DNA from: Cyanobacteria bacterium P01_A01_bin.123 | GTDB taxonomy: Bacteria > Cyanobacteriota > Cyanobacteriia > Phormidesmidales > Phormidesmidaceae | NCBI GenBank assembly: GCA_039815185.1 | Contig: JBCBZT010000004.1 | Coordinates: 160,001-224,000 of the forward strand | DNA: 64,000 bases | Direction of reading: 5' to 3' | Shown here: in pieces, positions 1 to 10,241 of the stretch | Layout of the letters: each line of letters opens with the position of its first letter | How positions within the stretch are numbered: position 1 is the first letter of the stretch | Translations under genes and position numbers: made by a program | The notes under the pieces: generated by a model | Database searches by the model: none | The model's input: the letters and a program-made list of their open reading frames with translations, nothing else | What the model was told of the DNA's origin: nothing

Positions 1-243
1 TGAGCGAAATCGACGGCGGCGATCGCGTTTTGCCACCGCTTCAACCTGCTGTTGCTCAGATTCAAGCTGCCAGTCTTGAGTCGCTTGTTGCAAAACCTGA
101 TCAGAGACGCCCAGTTCAGACGCCATCTCCAACAATTGCGCATCGGTAAACTGGCTACGGTCGCGATAGGTCATTGCTTTTTGCAAAATCTGCTGAACCG
201 CTTCAGTGGAGTAGGTAGGGCGAGTCTGTGGACTAGGGGACAT
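1..243 (-). CDS. 2TM-domain family protein, N-terminal part (runs off window start)
   Basis: Not in ORF track. Manual translation from ATG 243: MSPSPQTRPTYSTEAVQQILQKAMTYRDRSQFTDAQLLEMASELGVSDQVLQQATQDWQ..., open to base 1; matches the cyanobacterial YSxExVQQIL...QLLEMAxELG N-terminus of 2TM proteins. Confidence 0.75.
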   Translation of the reverse strand, partial: MSPSPQTRPTYSTEAVQQILQKAMTYRDRSQFTDAQLLEMASELGVSDQVLQQATQDWQLESEQQQVEAVAKRDRRRRFRS

Positions 244-303
244 TTCAGAAACCTCCAATCAAAATCACATGGGATAGTGGGGTAAGTCTGCTCATTACGC
301 ATC

Positions 304-342
304 TATTTGCATATTATATTCAAAATAGTGGATATGCAAATA
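304..342. promoter_or_regulatory. Perfect 11-bp inverted repeat in a divergent promoter region
   Basis: TATTTGCATAT (304-314), 17-nt spacer, ATATGCAAATA (332-342). Confidence 0.4.
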
Positions 343-443
343 ATTGAATTTTTATCGAACATTTTGCCAAGTGATCACTACCGTTTCACGTTTTGCCCGC
401 GACAAATGGCTGGTCTTTAGGGCTCTTGTTGCAAAACGTCTGC

Positions 444-474
444 AATCCAAAATCCAAAATCGCAAATCCAAAAT
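444..474 (+). repeat. Heptamer (AATCCAA-type) short tandem repeat, copy 1
   Basis: AATCCAAAATCCAAAATCGCAAATCCAAAAT; related copy at 21153-21183. Confidence 0.7.
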
Positions 475-609
475 AGGCAGCATGGAACACCCTCATAGAA
501 ATCCAGTTTCTGTGAGGAGCAGTCCTTTTGTTGGGTAAGTTGTCGAGAAGCCCAGTTTCTGGCAATCCTGGTTTAGGATGGGAGCATGATTTTGGCCCAA
601 GGAGCCGTC

Positions 610-1041
610 ATGCAAAACCCCCTACAGCGGTTGAAATATTTGCCCTGGTTGTTGCTGCTACAAGTGGCAGCGCTGACTACCGCGATCGCCGGGGCAACTG
701 ACATTCTGTTAACGGTTGGGTTGCTGCAACTAGAACAGATAGGCGTAATCTCTACAGGGGTATTTCAGTCGCCCCTCATCGGCCTCATTTTGAGTTTGTT
801 GATGTTTGGGGTGGCCATGGGGGTCGGAGCGTTGGGGGTTTTGCTAATGCAGCGGTTTTTCACCCAGATTTATATCAACACTGGCGTGCTGTGGGCGCTA
901 GTGCCTTGCTTGGGATTAACCCTATTCCTATTTGCCCAGATGCGCTTGCCCCAACTGCTGGTGGGTATTAGTTATCCCCAGTTACTAGGCATTGTGTTGG
1001 GCGTATTTTTGTGCGGCAGGCGTTATTGGCGAGCATTCTAA
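610..1041 (+). CDS. Conserved cyanobacterial integral membrane protein (about 4 TM)
   Basis: MQNPLQRLKYLPW start and four hydrophobic segments; ATG 610 preferred over 586. Confidence 0.7.
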   Translation: MQNPLQRLKYLPWLLLLQVAALTTAIAGATDILLTVGLLQLEQIGVISTGVFQSPLIGLILSLLMFGVAMGVGALGVLLMQRFFTQIYINTGVLWALVPCLGLTLFLFAQMRLPQLLVGISYPQLLGIVLGVFLCGRRYWRAF

Positions 1042-1592
1042 TCGTCATTGCGATCGGGATGGCGCTGGTTGAGTGCTTGCCATTCTTCCACCACAAAGGG
1101 GGCTGCGACCAGTTCTGCAATGCCGCCAGTTTGGAGAGGCACCGCAATTTGCAACGGAATTGGCTGCTGGATCTGGTCAAGCACAGGTTGCATGGCATAT
1201 TGCCCGACATTGGGTGGCAGCTGAAGCACTGATCCATCTAAGGCAAAAGGCGCTTGCCAGGATAGGGCTGTGCCCGTGTCGATGGTCAGAGGACGAGTGG
1301 CGTCAACGGCAACCGCACCTGGAAACCCAACCAGTCGTAAATAGAGTCCATCGGGTTGATCGACCCGGTAGCGTTTGAACAGGACAGCTTGCCAAGCGCG
1401 ATCGCGTCGATCGCGCAAACTCTGCTGTGACCGAAACGTTACCTGCCCGGGTTGTTCGCGGTAGGTATGAATAGATGCGATCGCGGGTCGAACCTGACTC
1501 AACCCTGCGATCGCCAGCATCACCGTGGCGATGAGTAGGACTAAGGCGCGCGATCGCCAGCCTACAGTTTTACTGCCCCACGGCTTATTCAT
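1038..1592 (-). CDS. DUF3122 family protein
   Basis: Signal-like N-terminus then IHTYREQPGQVTFRSQQSLRD...AWQAVLFKR...LRLVGFPG; start moved to ATG 1592 to avoid overlap with the TPR gene. Confidence 0.8.
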   Translation of the reverse strand: MNKPWGSKTVGWRSRALVLLIATVMLAIAGLSQVRPAIASIHTYREQPGQVTFRSQQSLRDRRDRAWQAVLFKRYRVDQPDGLYLRLVGFPGAVAVDATRPLTIDTGTALSWQAPFALDGSVLQLPPNVGQYAMQPVLDQIQQPIPLQIAVPLQTGGIAELVAAPFVVEEWQALNQRHPDRNDD

Positions 1593-1593
1593 C

Positions 1594-1627
1594 CCTAGAG
1601 GCTGCGCATGCCTAGAGGCTGCGCATG
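1594..1627. repeat. Exact 17-bp tandem duplication spanning the TPR gene stop codon
   Basis: CCTAGAGGCTGCGCATG at 1594-1610 and 1611-1627. Confidence 0.85.
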
Positions 1628-3057
1628 GTTTCAATGACAACCCGATAGCCTTCAGCATCTCCTTCTTGTAAAAATAACTCAGAGGCTCGCTGCAAGTCGC
1701 TCGTTGCACCCTGACGATTACCCAGCTGGATCAGGCTATAAGCCCGGCCATAATAAACATTGGCTTCTTCCACTTCGCTGCGGATCAAGAACGTGTAATC
1801 GTCGTATGCCCGTTGATAATTGTTCAAAGCAACGTACATTTGGGCCCGAGACTTGTAGGCTTCCAGATAGTCGGGGCGGATGTTAATCGCTTGAGTAAAG
1901 TCAACCAGGGCGCTTTGTGGATCATCTGCAAGCGCATAGGCCTCCCCTCTAGACTTATAGGCTTCAGCATAGTCAGGGTCAAGGGCAATGGCTTCGCTAT
2001 AGTCTCGGATGGCACCCAAGTCATCTTCGAGGGCAAGGCGAGCATCGGCCCGTTTCTTATAGACCTCTGCACTCTCGGGTTCGAGGGCTAATGCACTATC
2101 AAAGTCGTCTAGGGCAGCTTGCACATTCCCGCGGGCAGCATAGATACTGCCGCGATTGACGTAGGCCTGTACGTTATTCGGATCAAGATCTAGGGTGCGA
2201 TCCAAATCTGCGATCGCCAGATTGCCACGGTTCCACAGGGCATACACATGGCTGCGATTGAAATAGGCTTCAGGGTCATCCGCATTGAACTGAATGGCGG
2301 TATCAAAATCCTCTAGGGCAGCTTCGTAGTCTCCCAGTTTGTAGTACGCGACCCCACGGCCCACATGGGCTTCGGGATAACGCTGTCGTTGCTGTTGGCG
2401 GATATCGATCGCATTCGTAAAGTCTTCAATCGCAGACACATCGCTGTCCAGTTCGGCGTAGGCACTACCCCGGTGGAAGTAAGGCTCGGCAGCCTCAGGG
2501 CGGAGGCTAATCGCACTGTTAAAATCCTCAATGGCTGCCTGGTAATTGGCTCTGTCGGCATCCACATAGCCACGATAGAGGTAAGCATTATAGTAGCTTG
2601 GGTCGAGCTGTAAGCTTTGGTTAAAGTCCGCTAACGCTAAGTCAGGTTGGTCAGTGTTGTAGTAGATGTAGCCCCGCAAAAAGTATGCGGGTGCCAACCC
2701 TGAGTTGAGTGATAAGGAACGATTGACGTTGGTAAGGGCGGTCTCCCAATTTTCCATCAGGGCATAGCAAGCCCCTCGATAGCCGTAGGCTTCTGCATAG
2801 GTCGGCTGAATCTGCAGTGCTTGAGTTAGCACGGCAATGCAGTCTTCATAGCGGCCGGCGTTAAAGTGATCCACCCCCTGGTTATATAGATCAATGGGGT
2901 TAGCCTGGGGTAAAGGTTCAGATACGGGGCTGCCTTCCTCTATAGGGCTACCTTCTTCCTCAGTGGGGGCCTCTGTCTGCGCGAAAGCTGCTATGGGAGC
3001 ACCTCCCAACAAGGCAGCTAGGCTAAACACGGTAACGGTTTTATGGATGTATTTCAT
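1612..3057 (-). CDS. Secreted tetratricopeptide repeat protein
   Basis: Signal peptide (AAFA|Q), acidic linker, many 34-aa repeats of type AEAYxxRG..Y..LGDY..AI.DF..AI.L.P. Confidence 0.9.
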   Translation of the reverse strand: MKYIHKTVTVFSLAALLGGAPIAAFAQTEAPTEEEGSPIEEGSPVSEPLPQANPIDLYNQGVDHFNAGRYEDCIAVLTQALQIQPTYAEAYGYRGACYALMENWETALTNVNRSLSLNSGLAPAYFLRGYIYYNTDQPDLALADFNQSLQLDPSYYNAYLYRGYVDADRANYQAAIEDFNSAISLRPEAAEPYFHRGSAYAELDSDVSAIEDFTNAIDIRQQQRQRYPEAHVGRGVAYYKLGDYEAALEDFDTAIQFNADDPEAYFNRSHVYALWNRGNLAIADLDRTLDLDPNNVQAYVNRGSIYAARGNVQAALDDFDSALALEPESAEVYKKRADARLALEDDLGAIRDYSEAIALDPDYAEAYKSRGEAYALADDPQSALVDFTQAINIRPDYLEAYKSRAQMYVALNNYQRAYDDYTFLIRSEVEEANVYYGRAYSLIQLGNRQGATSDLQRASELFLQEGDAEGYRVVIETMRSL

Positions 3058-3360
3058 AGCCGGACCCAGCGGTGATGGAACAATAAATTAGGGCGATCGC
3101 GAAAGTTAAGCCACGGTCTACGCTAAGGCTGAGCTTTTGCCTTATAAACGCTATCGGGCTATTGATATGGTGTAGAACAACCTGCTCTGGCGCTTAATGA
3201 TAGGCCAGCTTCGGTGAACCGACGCAGGAATCCCAGTCAAAATCAATACAAATTCTTAAATTGCCCCGGATTTTCTTTAAGGTTACCCAGACAACGGTTT
3301 GAACTTAACAGGCTTATTCTTGTCTTTAGCTGAGATGTTCCAATCTCTGCAGAGCTAACT

Positions 3361-4224
3361 TCAACGAATGCCCGTGAGGCGATCGCTTTTGGGTAGTTCC
3401 CCTTCAGTCTGGCCTGCTTCGGCGCTCTCCTCAACGATGCCTAGCGTCTCTGCTGTGGTTCCTGTTTTTAAGAGTTCTGTTGTTTTTACCGTGTCTATGC
3501 CCTCGGCAGTTTCTGCTGTCTTTACCGTGTCTATACTCTCTGTAGTAGCTGTATTTTTGCGCTTAGAAAATCCCCAGGTAAACAGCAGCGCAATCAGGCT
3601 TACCATGGCCCACTCGGGCGGCACCCAGTCTTCATTGATCACGCGCACCAGCAGCCGTAACCCCACCAGCCCCACGGTGATAAATCCGGCATCTTCGAGG
3701 TAGACATATTCTTCCAGCCAGCGGATGAATAACCCTGCCATAAATCGCAGGGTAATCACGCCAATCATGCCCCCTAGCATTACCAGCCAAATGTCACGAG
3801 ATAGGGCGATCGCAGTGGTAACACTATCCAGGGAAAAGGCCAGATCGGTCAGGGCAATTAAGGGAATAGCCTGCCACACCGATTTAAATCGGGGACCATG
3901 GTGGCTGTCATCGCCCTCATTTTTAGAGGTGAAATATTGAAACACTAGCCACAACAGATAAGCCGCTCCGAGCACTTCAAATTGCCAAAATTGCAGCACC
4001 CACCCTGCGGTCAAAATCAGCCCCATCCGCAACACAAAAGCCAACACTAAACCAATGTTGAGGGCACGGCCTTCGAGTTCTTTAGACTCTAAACCTTGGG
4101 CGATCGCAGCTAGCGCAATCGCATTGTCAGCCGAGAGGATTGCTTCTAGGGCAATCAGCACTGACAGCAGTAACAGGGTATCGAGCCCGAGGGTGGGCGA
4201 AAATTCAAGCAAACGATCCAGCAT
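3361..4224 (-). CDS. TerC/YkoY family integral membrane protein
   Basis: LEAILSADNAIALA and DLAFSLDSVTTAIA motifs, multiple TM helices, repetitive Thr/Glu tail. Confidence 0.9.
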   Translation of the reverse strand: MLDRLLEFSPTLGLDTLLLLSVLIALEAILSADNAIALAAIAQGLESKELEGRALNIGLVLAFVLRMGLILTAGWVLQFWQFEVLGAAYLLWLVFQYFTSKNEGDDSHHGPRFKSVWQAIPLIALTDLAFSLDSVTTAIALSRDIWLVMLGGMIGVITLRFMAGLFIRWLEEYVYLEDAGFITVGLVGLRLLVRVINEDWVPPEWAMVSLIALLFTWGFSKRKNTATTESIDTVKTAETAEGIDTVKTTELLKTGTTAETLGIVEESAEAGQTEGELPKSDRLTGIR

Positions 4225-4377
4225 TAAAAGCCTGTTATCCTGAGTTTTGGTTTACACCAAATTGATCATGCCGCAATGTCATGACACGGGGGTGTCTTTA
4301 CTAGAATAAAGCGAATTCTATAATCCCGTTACCGTCGATACCATTATCACTGTTGGAGTTTCACTACTAGGGGCGCT

Positions 4378-5079
4378 GTGGTTCATTCTTTGTTTAGGCA
4401 ATTCCGCGATCGCTACCCATCGGGTAGCCTCTGCGCCAATTTGCTGACTATTCAAGATGGTGTATATGTTGTACGGGCTGTGGTCACCGTTGAAACTATT
4501 GCCTTGGCCAGCGGTATGGCCGCCGCCGCCAACCTTGAGCAGGCCGAAGATCAAGCCTACCACCGTGCCCTCAGCGCTTTAGGGTTATGGGATGCAGACA
4601 ATCGACAGTTAGAGGTAGCGGCGGCACAATCTCCGGATGCACCTGTGGTGCAATCAATTCAATCCACTGCGTTATCCCCAGCAGTGAGTCCAGATTCAAC
4701 AGAAACAGCGATACAACCGATGTCCCAAACAGTTCCTGTTGCATCACCAGAACACAAGCAGGTCCCATTAGCTCCAACACCTCTAGACTCATTCCCTGCG
4801 GAACTGCCAAACCCAGAACTGCTGGATCCGGCAATTAAGGCAGCTGCAATCGCCCAACTGCCCGATATGAGTGGTGGCCCGGTTGACTTATCAGACATCA
4901 TGGCTCAAACCGATGTGGAACTGCGGCGGCTGGGTTGGGACGTAGTGCAAGGGCGGGACTATCTAGAGAAGACCTACGGCAAGCGATCGCGCCACGAACT
5001 CACCGATGAAGAACTTTTGTCCTTCTTGCTTTATCTAGAAACCTTAAGCGATTCCACTGAATCTCAATTGCATCGTTGA
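4378..5079 (+). CDS. Conserved cyanobacterial hypothetical protein
   Basis: FRxRYPxGSL N-domain, Pro/Ser linker, C-domain DLSDIMAQTDVELRRLGW...YGKRSRHELTDEEL; exact start uncertain. Confidence 0.75.
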   Translation: MVHSLFRQFRDRYPSGSLCANLLTIQDGVYVVRAVVTVETIALASGMAAAANLEQAEDQAYHRALSALGLWDADNRQLEVAAAQSPDAPVVQSIQSTALSPAVSPDSTETAIQPMSQTVPVASPEHKQVPLAPTPLDSFPAELPNPELLDPAIKAAAIAQLPDMSGGPVDLSDIMAQTDVELRRLGWDVVQGRDYLEKTYGKRSRHELTDEELLSFLLYLETLSDSTESQLHR

Positions 5080-5160
5080 AAACCTTATACAACACAATCA
5101 GCGGTGTATCGGACAGCGCAATTGGTAGAGACACCATGAGCCTTGAAAAGTTAGAAGAAG

Positions 5161-5191
5161 GTCTCACTTTTCAACTCAGGAAAAGTGAGAC
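5161..5191. terminator. Hairpin between convergent genes (probable terminator)
   Basis: GTCTCACTTTTC, 7-nt loop, GAAAAGTGAGAC: perfect 12-bp stem. Confidence 0.6.
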
Positions 5192-5301
5192 ACGGTGATA
5201 ACGATCTTGAGATATTTCTGCAAGCTAACTAGACCGCGAGACTGTATGGATATCCGTGATGGCTTAGGTCCATTGAGCTTGGTGGCATGAGCATTTGGGG
5301 C

Positions 5302-5718
5302 TCAATTGGTTGAAATAATACGGACTAGCCAGACAACTAAGAACATCAGTACCAGGTAAGCGATCATCGCAATCAGTAAATTGATGTCAAAAATGTTGGC
5401 GCTGCCGTTGAAGGTAGGGCTAATAAATAGCGTGGAAAACGGTCTAACAAAGGGTTCAGACAACCCATAAATCACCCCGGCAAATGTATTGGATGTATTA
5501 GCAGCGCTCAAACGCAGGATAAAGCGCAGCCCTAGCAGCAACTCTAGCGCTCCCACCAAAAAATAGATGCCTTGCTCAAACTTTCGCGCGATCGCATTTT
5601 GCTGCACTTGCCCAACCTGGCGTTCCACTTGACGCAGCCTTAAGCGCTCTGCCTCCAACTTTTGCTCGCGGTTGAGCCCGTCTTCATAGTCGCGATCATT
5701 TTGAGGGTGGTTGTTCAC
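5302..5718 (-). CDS. YggT family membrane protein
   Basis: LELLLGLRFILRLSAAN...FAGVIYGLSEPFVRPF...FDINLLIAMIAY. Confidence 0.85.
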   Translation of the reverse strand: MNNHPQNDRDYEDGLNREQKLEAERLRLRQVERQVGQVQQNAIARKFEQGIYFLVGALELLLGLRFILRLSAANTSNTFAGVIYGLSEPFVRPFSTLFISPTFNGSANIFDINLLIAMIAYLVLMFLVVWLVRIISTN

Positions 5719-6192
5719 AGGGCCTCCGAGTGAATCCTGGCTTGGAACCTCAACCTCATCCAGTTTGAGAACTTAAGTTTTACCTAAGCAGAAACAATAG
5801 GTTTGGATACGGTCAAGGTTTGTACTCAAAATCCTATCAAACGGCATCCGCTTTCCGTCCGGACTGCCTGCGGGCTGCCCCCAACATCTATTCATGGGCA
5901 CCTGGAAATATTGGTAGGAAATCAATGTAGCCTAGGCTTCGGTTTAGCTGAGGCACAATGATTTAAAGTAGGATGCAGAGGCATCTGGTAATTACCCATA
6001 AGTTCATCGTCTACTATGCCGAAAGCCTCTTATCTCATAAGGGTTTAGCGCGTATCAATAAGGCATCTAAGGTGGAAAATGCCTGTAAAAAGCTAGCGTC
6101 AGTGCCTTCCTTATAAATAAAAATATTAATTTTTCATTAAGTTTTGATGCTGTAATTTATGCGCTTCCTGGTCTTTCACCTGAAATCCAATC

Positions 6193-6414
6193 ATGAGTCC
6201 TAACGTTTTACACCAACTCTGGAAGATCATCGATACGGCTGATCCGAGGGTTGTGGCGGTGATGGATGAGCCCAATTTAGTGGATTGGTTGCTCCAACAG
6301 TTGCGCCTTTATCCTGGGCCTGCGGATCCAGGTGATTCAGAAGTCACCCGTTACATTCAGTCTCGATTGCCCATGATTCAAGAGTTGGCCTACGAGCGTT
6401 TGAAGCAATGGTGA
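6193..6414 (+). CDS. Small conserved cyanobacterial protein
   Basis: MSPNVLHQLWKII...LVDWLLQQL...YIQSRLPMIQELA resembles a known small cyanobacterial hypothetical family. Confidence 0.7.
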   Translation: MSPNVLHQLWKIIDTADPRVVAVMDEPNLVDWLLQQLRLYPGPADPGDSEVTRYIQSRLPMIQELAYERLKQW

Positions 6415-6432
6415 CTTGATAAGCGATTTCCA

Positions 6433-9400
6433 TCAATTATCTTCGGTTCCGGGCGAACAAAGGACGCGATTGTCCTGTTGTTGTTGTACACCATAGCTCA
6501 GGTAGTCTTGTACCCAATCGCAGGCATAGGCCAGCAATCTTTCTTCATTCAGAGCGCGCTCAAGATTCCAAAGTAAGACTTTTCTGTCTTGCCCTGTTGA
6601 GGCTAGATAATCCCCATCAGGGCTGAATGCCACGTCGATGACACTCCCTTCATGGCCCCGCAGTGTGTCTAATAACTGCCCGTCTGACCGTTGCCAGATC
6701 CGAATGGTGTTGTCTTGGTTAGCGGTAGCTAAATATCGACTGTTGGGGCTGATGGCAATCGCATTGACGCCCACTGCGGCTTCTTGAGATTGTTGGCCGC
6801 CCACTTCCTGTTCAAACTGTTCCAGGGCTTGGCGTTCTAGGGTACTGTCCTCTGAGGAAAGATTCACTGACGTTTGCGATGCTGACCCATAGGTCAAGGG
6901 AGGCAATTGCCTTGTGCCATCAGGGTTCCAGACAATCGCACTACCATCCTCGCTGGCAGTGACAATCCAGGCTCCGTCGGGGCCAAAAGCGATGTCGTTA
7001 ACTTGGGCCTGATGGCCTGAAAACTCTTGTTCGACAATGCCGTCTAACGTCAGCAGTCGTGGGATGCTTTTATTGCCTAATACGGCAATCGTCTTGCCAT
7101 CAGGGTTAAAAACGATCTGATTGATCTGCTTTTCATAGCCTCGAAAATCTTCTACGAGTCTGCCATCAGACAGTCTCCAGATGCGCACGCTATTGTCCGT
7201 GCTAGCCGAGGCGATTAGGCGACCGTCTGGGCTAAAGGTAACGCTGGTGATGAGTTCGCTATGGGCTGAACTTGAGTTGGTGTCAGCAGGCAAAGTACGC
7301 AGCAGTCGACCATCCATAACTCGCCACAGCTTGATGGTTTTGTCTTCTCCAACGGTGGCAATTTGCCCCCCGTCTGGACTGAAGACAGCTTGCGACACTC
7401 GTCCGGTATGTCCTGTGAAGGTTTGCAATAATGCCCCATCCCTTTGCCGCCAAAGCTTAGCCGTACTGTCGTCACTGGCAGTTACCAATTTGGCACCGCT
7501 GGGACTAAAATCGACGCTGTTGACTGCGGCACCGTGGCCGTTGAGCGGATTGAGTAGGTCATTGCGAGGTCGCCACAGACGCACCGTGCCATCCTGACTG
7601 GCGGTGGCCAATTGTTGCCCTTGAGTACTAAACGCCACATCCCAAACGGGAGCATTATGACCACTAAACGTAGTCAAGACGGTGCCATCATTGGCCCATA
7701 ATTTAACGGTGGTGTCAGCACTGGTAGACACTAGGGTTTGTCCATCGGGGCTAAAGGCAACGCTGTGAATCGCGGCGGTATGACTCCTAAAGGTGTTCAG
7801 CAATCTACCATTGCGAACGCGCCATTGTTTGAGCGTGTTGTCGCTACTGCCTGAGATTAGGGTAATGCCATCGGGACTAAAGGCCACGGTTTCCACGGGG
7901 CCACTGTGGCCATCGGTGTCTTCTGTGCTGGTTAGGGTGTCCTCTAGGTTGCCATTGCGATCCCAAAGTTTCACAGTATTATCTTCCCCACCCGTGGCTA
8001 TGAGCCGATCATCGGGGCTAATGGCTAGGCCATAGATGGCGCCGGAGTGGGCTTGAATGCTTCTGATTTGAGTGCCATCCGATGACCGCCACAGCTGCAG
8101 TAGGCCATCGTCGCTGACCGTGGCAACCCAATTACCATCGGCACTGTAGAGCACTTCGTTCAGGGGAAGCACGGTATCACCTAGGACGGTATCTCGACGT
8201 TTTCTGTCTGGGTTTCCCCCCAGGTTCCAGAAATTGAGAATGCCGTCTTCGCTCACAGAGGCCAATTGCTGGCCATTGGGGCTAAAGGCCACATCTCTGA
8301 CAGGGGAGACATGGCCGGTCAACGTTGCTAGGGGTTTGCCGTTATCCTGCCATAGTCGAATGGTGCCGTCTTTGCTCGCAGTGGCTAATTGAGTGCCATC
8401 GGGGCTGTAGGCAACCCCAAAAACGGGGTCGGGGGTATTCCCTTCAGATAAGCGGTTGAATTCTACAACGCCAAATAGGGTGCGTTGGAGGGTACTAAGC
8501 ACCTGATTGCGCAGAGCGTTAGGTACTGTTGACGGTTGCCTTAAATGGGTCGATAGCTGTTCTAACTCTTCGAGGCGACGGTGGGCACGAATGGCTTCGA
8601 CTAGGGCATCAAGGGTTTGTTTGGAGGAAAATCGGGTGTCGGCGATCGCCGCGATCGCTTCTATTTCTCGCTCTGTGCTGCGTAACTGACTCGCTACAGC
8701 TTGACGATATTGCCGATGGGCAAACAGCCCTAATCCACAGGCAACTAACAACCCGACGCTAACGGCAGCCAGCAGAAATTGTTGACGTTTAGCACTTTTT
8801 TTCTCGGCGACCAGTTGGGCCTCAACGGCCAAAATCCGCTCAGCTTCAAGCAATCGTTCGCGAATTTTGCTTTCTAAATCCCGACTTGCAGCTAAAAACT
8901 GATAGTCCTCTTCACTGATATTGTGGTTATCAGCCCAGATTTGGGCTCGTTCCAGGGCACTATCGCGCAGTAGGTAAGCATTGTCTGGTTTGCCAGCGTT
9001 TATCCACTTATTCAACTCCCGGCCGTAGGGTCGCAGTTTGGCCAATTGCTCATCGACCCAATCCAGGTTGAAGACTGCTTGATAAATGCGGTTCCTGACC
9101 CGCAGTTGACCATAGCGTCTGGTCACTAAACCTGATAGTTGCAGACTGACCTGACCAGGCCAGGTGGCAATCACATTATCAGCCGGCAAACCTTCTTCAA
9201 GCAGCAAGCGTTTATAAAGACCCAAAATTTGCCCAGAATGCTGTTCGTTATGTAGTAGTAGGCGATCGCGAATAGTGCGCAAATGCTCTGGGATATCTTG
9301 AGCTTCCCAGTTGTTAATGACGTGTTTGCGCACGATGTTGTGGACATCTTGGGGCGACAGCGTGGTTCTTCGAGGTGATTGGGCCCGTGCGGTTTTGTAC

Positions 9401-10179
9401 ACTAGGTTGCACAGCTTTTGGGTTAAGAAGGGTTGTCCCCTGGTCCACTGCAAGATTTGGGTGAGCACCACTTGGGGATTGGTTACCACTTGTGCCAGAC
9501 CTGGTAGCAAGGGCTGGGCTTCGGCTTCGGTAAACCCTTCCAGCTGAATAGCCCCATCTTTGTTGCCGACATTAAATGGCGTCAGATTGGGGTTGCTGAT
9601 CAAATCAGAAGGGGTGGTGACCCCGAATAGGGCAAAACTCAGACGGCGATATTCGGGATTGTCTGAGCGATTGTTGTAGCAGGCACGAATAAACGCAAAA
9701 AAATCGTCTGAAGAAAACGGCAGGTTGAGAATGCCGTCGATTTCATCGATAAAAATCACGATTGGACAGTCATAAGTGCCGAGCAGTTCCTCAACGATAA
9801 ATAGCTGCAATCGTTGAATCGGGCTGAAGTCGCTGCGATCGCGCCACCATTTTCTAAGGTTAAGCGACAACCCAAAACCACCGACCAAGATCCGTAATAA
9901 GCTGGCATACCACTGCTCTGGAGTAAGATTTTGGCTACCAATTTCACTCAGATCAATCACCCCACAGCGCACCCCTGCAGCTTGCAGTCGAGAGGTGGTT
10001 TGCACCCGCAGCGAAGATTTGCCCATTTGGCGTGAATTAAACACGTAGCACAAATCCCCAGCCAACAATTGCTCGTATAGGCCGTTGTCTGCCTTGCGCT
10101 TAACATAGCTCGGGGCATGCAAGGGCAAACTGCCTCCCACGACCCAAAATTGCTCATCATGAGAGTTATAGTCACTCAT
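6433..10179 (-). CDS. AAA-like (AAA_35) ATPase - TM helix - WD40 repeat protein
   Basis: GGSL..SYVKR.AD, Walker A-like SRQMGKSS, Walker B IFIDEID, TM FLLAAVSVGLLVACGLGLFA, more than ten GH...V..VAFSPDG...ASxS.D.TVKLW repeats; ATG 10179 aligns with the paralogue start. Confidence 0.92.
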   Translation of the reverse strand: MSDYNSHDEQFWVVGGSLPLHAPSYVKRKADNGLYEQLLAGDLCYVFNSRQMGKSSLRVQTTSRLQAAGVRCGVIDLSEIGSQNLTPEQWYASLLRILVGGFGLSLNLRKWWRDRSDFSPIQRLQLFIVEELLGTYDCPIVIFIDEIDGILNLPFSSDDFFAFIRACYNNRSDNPEYRRLSFALFGVTTPSDLISNPNLTPFNVGNKDGAIQLEGFTEAEAQPLLPGLAQVVTNPQVVLTQILQWTRGQPFLTQKLCNLVYKTARAQSPRRTTLSPQDVHNIVRKHVINNWEAQDIPEHLRTIRDRLLLHNEQHSGQILGLYKRLLLEEGLPADNVIATWPGQVSLQLSGLVTRRYGQLRVRNRIYQAVFNLDWVDEQLAKLRPYGRELNKWINAGKPDNAYLLRDSALERAQIWADNHNISEEDYQFLAASRDLESKIRERLLEAERILAVEAQLVAEKKSAKRQQFLLAAVSVGLLVACGLGLFAHRQYRQAVASQLRSTEREIEAIAAIADTRFSSKQTLDALVEAIRAHRRLEELEQLSTHLRQPSTVPNALRNQVLSTLQRTLFGVVEFNRLSEGNTPDPVFGVAYSPDGTQLATASKDGTIRLWQDNGKPLATLTGHVSPVRDVAFSPNGQQLASVSEDGILNFWNLGGNPDRKRRDTVLGDTVLPLNEVLYSADGNWVATVSDDGLLQLWRSSDGTQIRSIQAHSGAIYGLAISPDDRLIATGGEDNTVKLWDRNGNLEDTLTSTEDTDGHSGPVETVAFSPDGITLISGSSDNTLKQWRVRNGRLLNTFRSHTAAIHSVAFSPDGQTLVSTSADTTVKLWANDGTVLTTFSGHNAPVWDVAFSTQGQQLATASQDGTVRLWRPRNDLLNPLNGHGAAVNSVDFSPSGAKLVTASDDSTAKLWRQRDGALLQTFTGHTGRVSQAVFSPDGGQIATVGEDKTIKLWRVMDGRLLRTLPADTNSSSAHSELITSVTFSPDGRLIASASTDNSVRIWRLSDGRLVEDFRGYEKQINQIVFNPDGKTIAVLGNKSIPRLLTLDGIVEQEFSGHQAQVNDIAFGPDGAWIVTASEDGSAIVWNPDGTRQLPPLTYGSASQTSVNLSSEDSTLERQALEQFEQEVGGQQSQEAAVGVNAIAISPNSRYLATANQDNTIRIWQRSDGQLLDTLRGHEGSVIDVAFSPDGDYLASTGQDRKVLLWNLERALNEERLLAYACDWVQDYLSYGVQQQQDNRVLCSPGTEDN

Positions 10180-10241
10180 GGGCTTAATAGTTGCCTTTTT
10201 TATCAACGTTTAAACAATTCTGAAACATCCCAAGATTAAGG

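Noticed and set aside
52..538. ORF-track ORFs 52-285 and 344-538
   Set aside because: The first is antisense to the 2TM gene; the second reads through the heptamer repeat (SKIQNRKSKI), a typical artefact.
3470..3545. 36-bp imperfect repeat in the TerC tail
   Set aside because: Ordinary expansion in a disordered C-terminus.
4225..4377. yybP-ykoY Mn riboswitch upstream of the TerC gene
   Set aside because: No GGGGAGUAG-type conserved motif on the minus strand.
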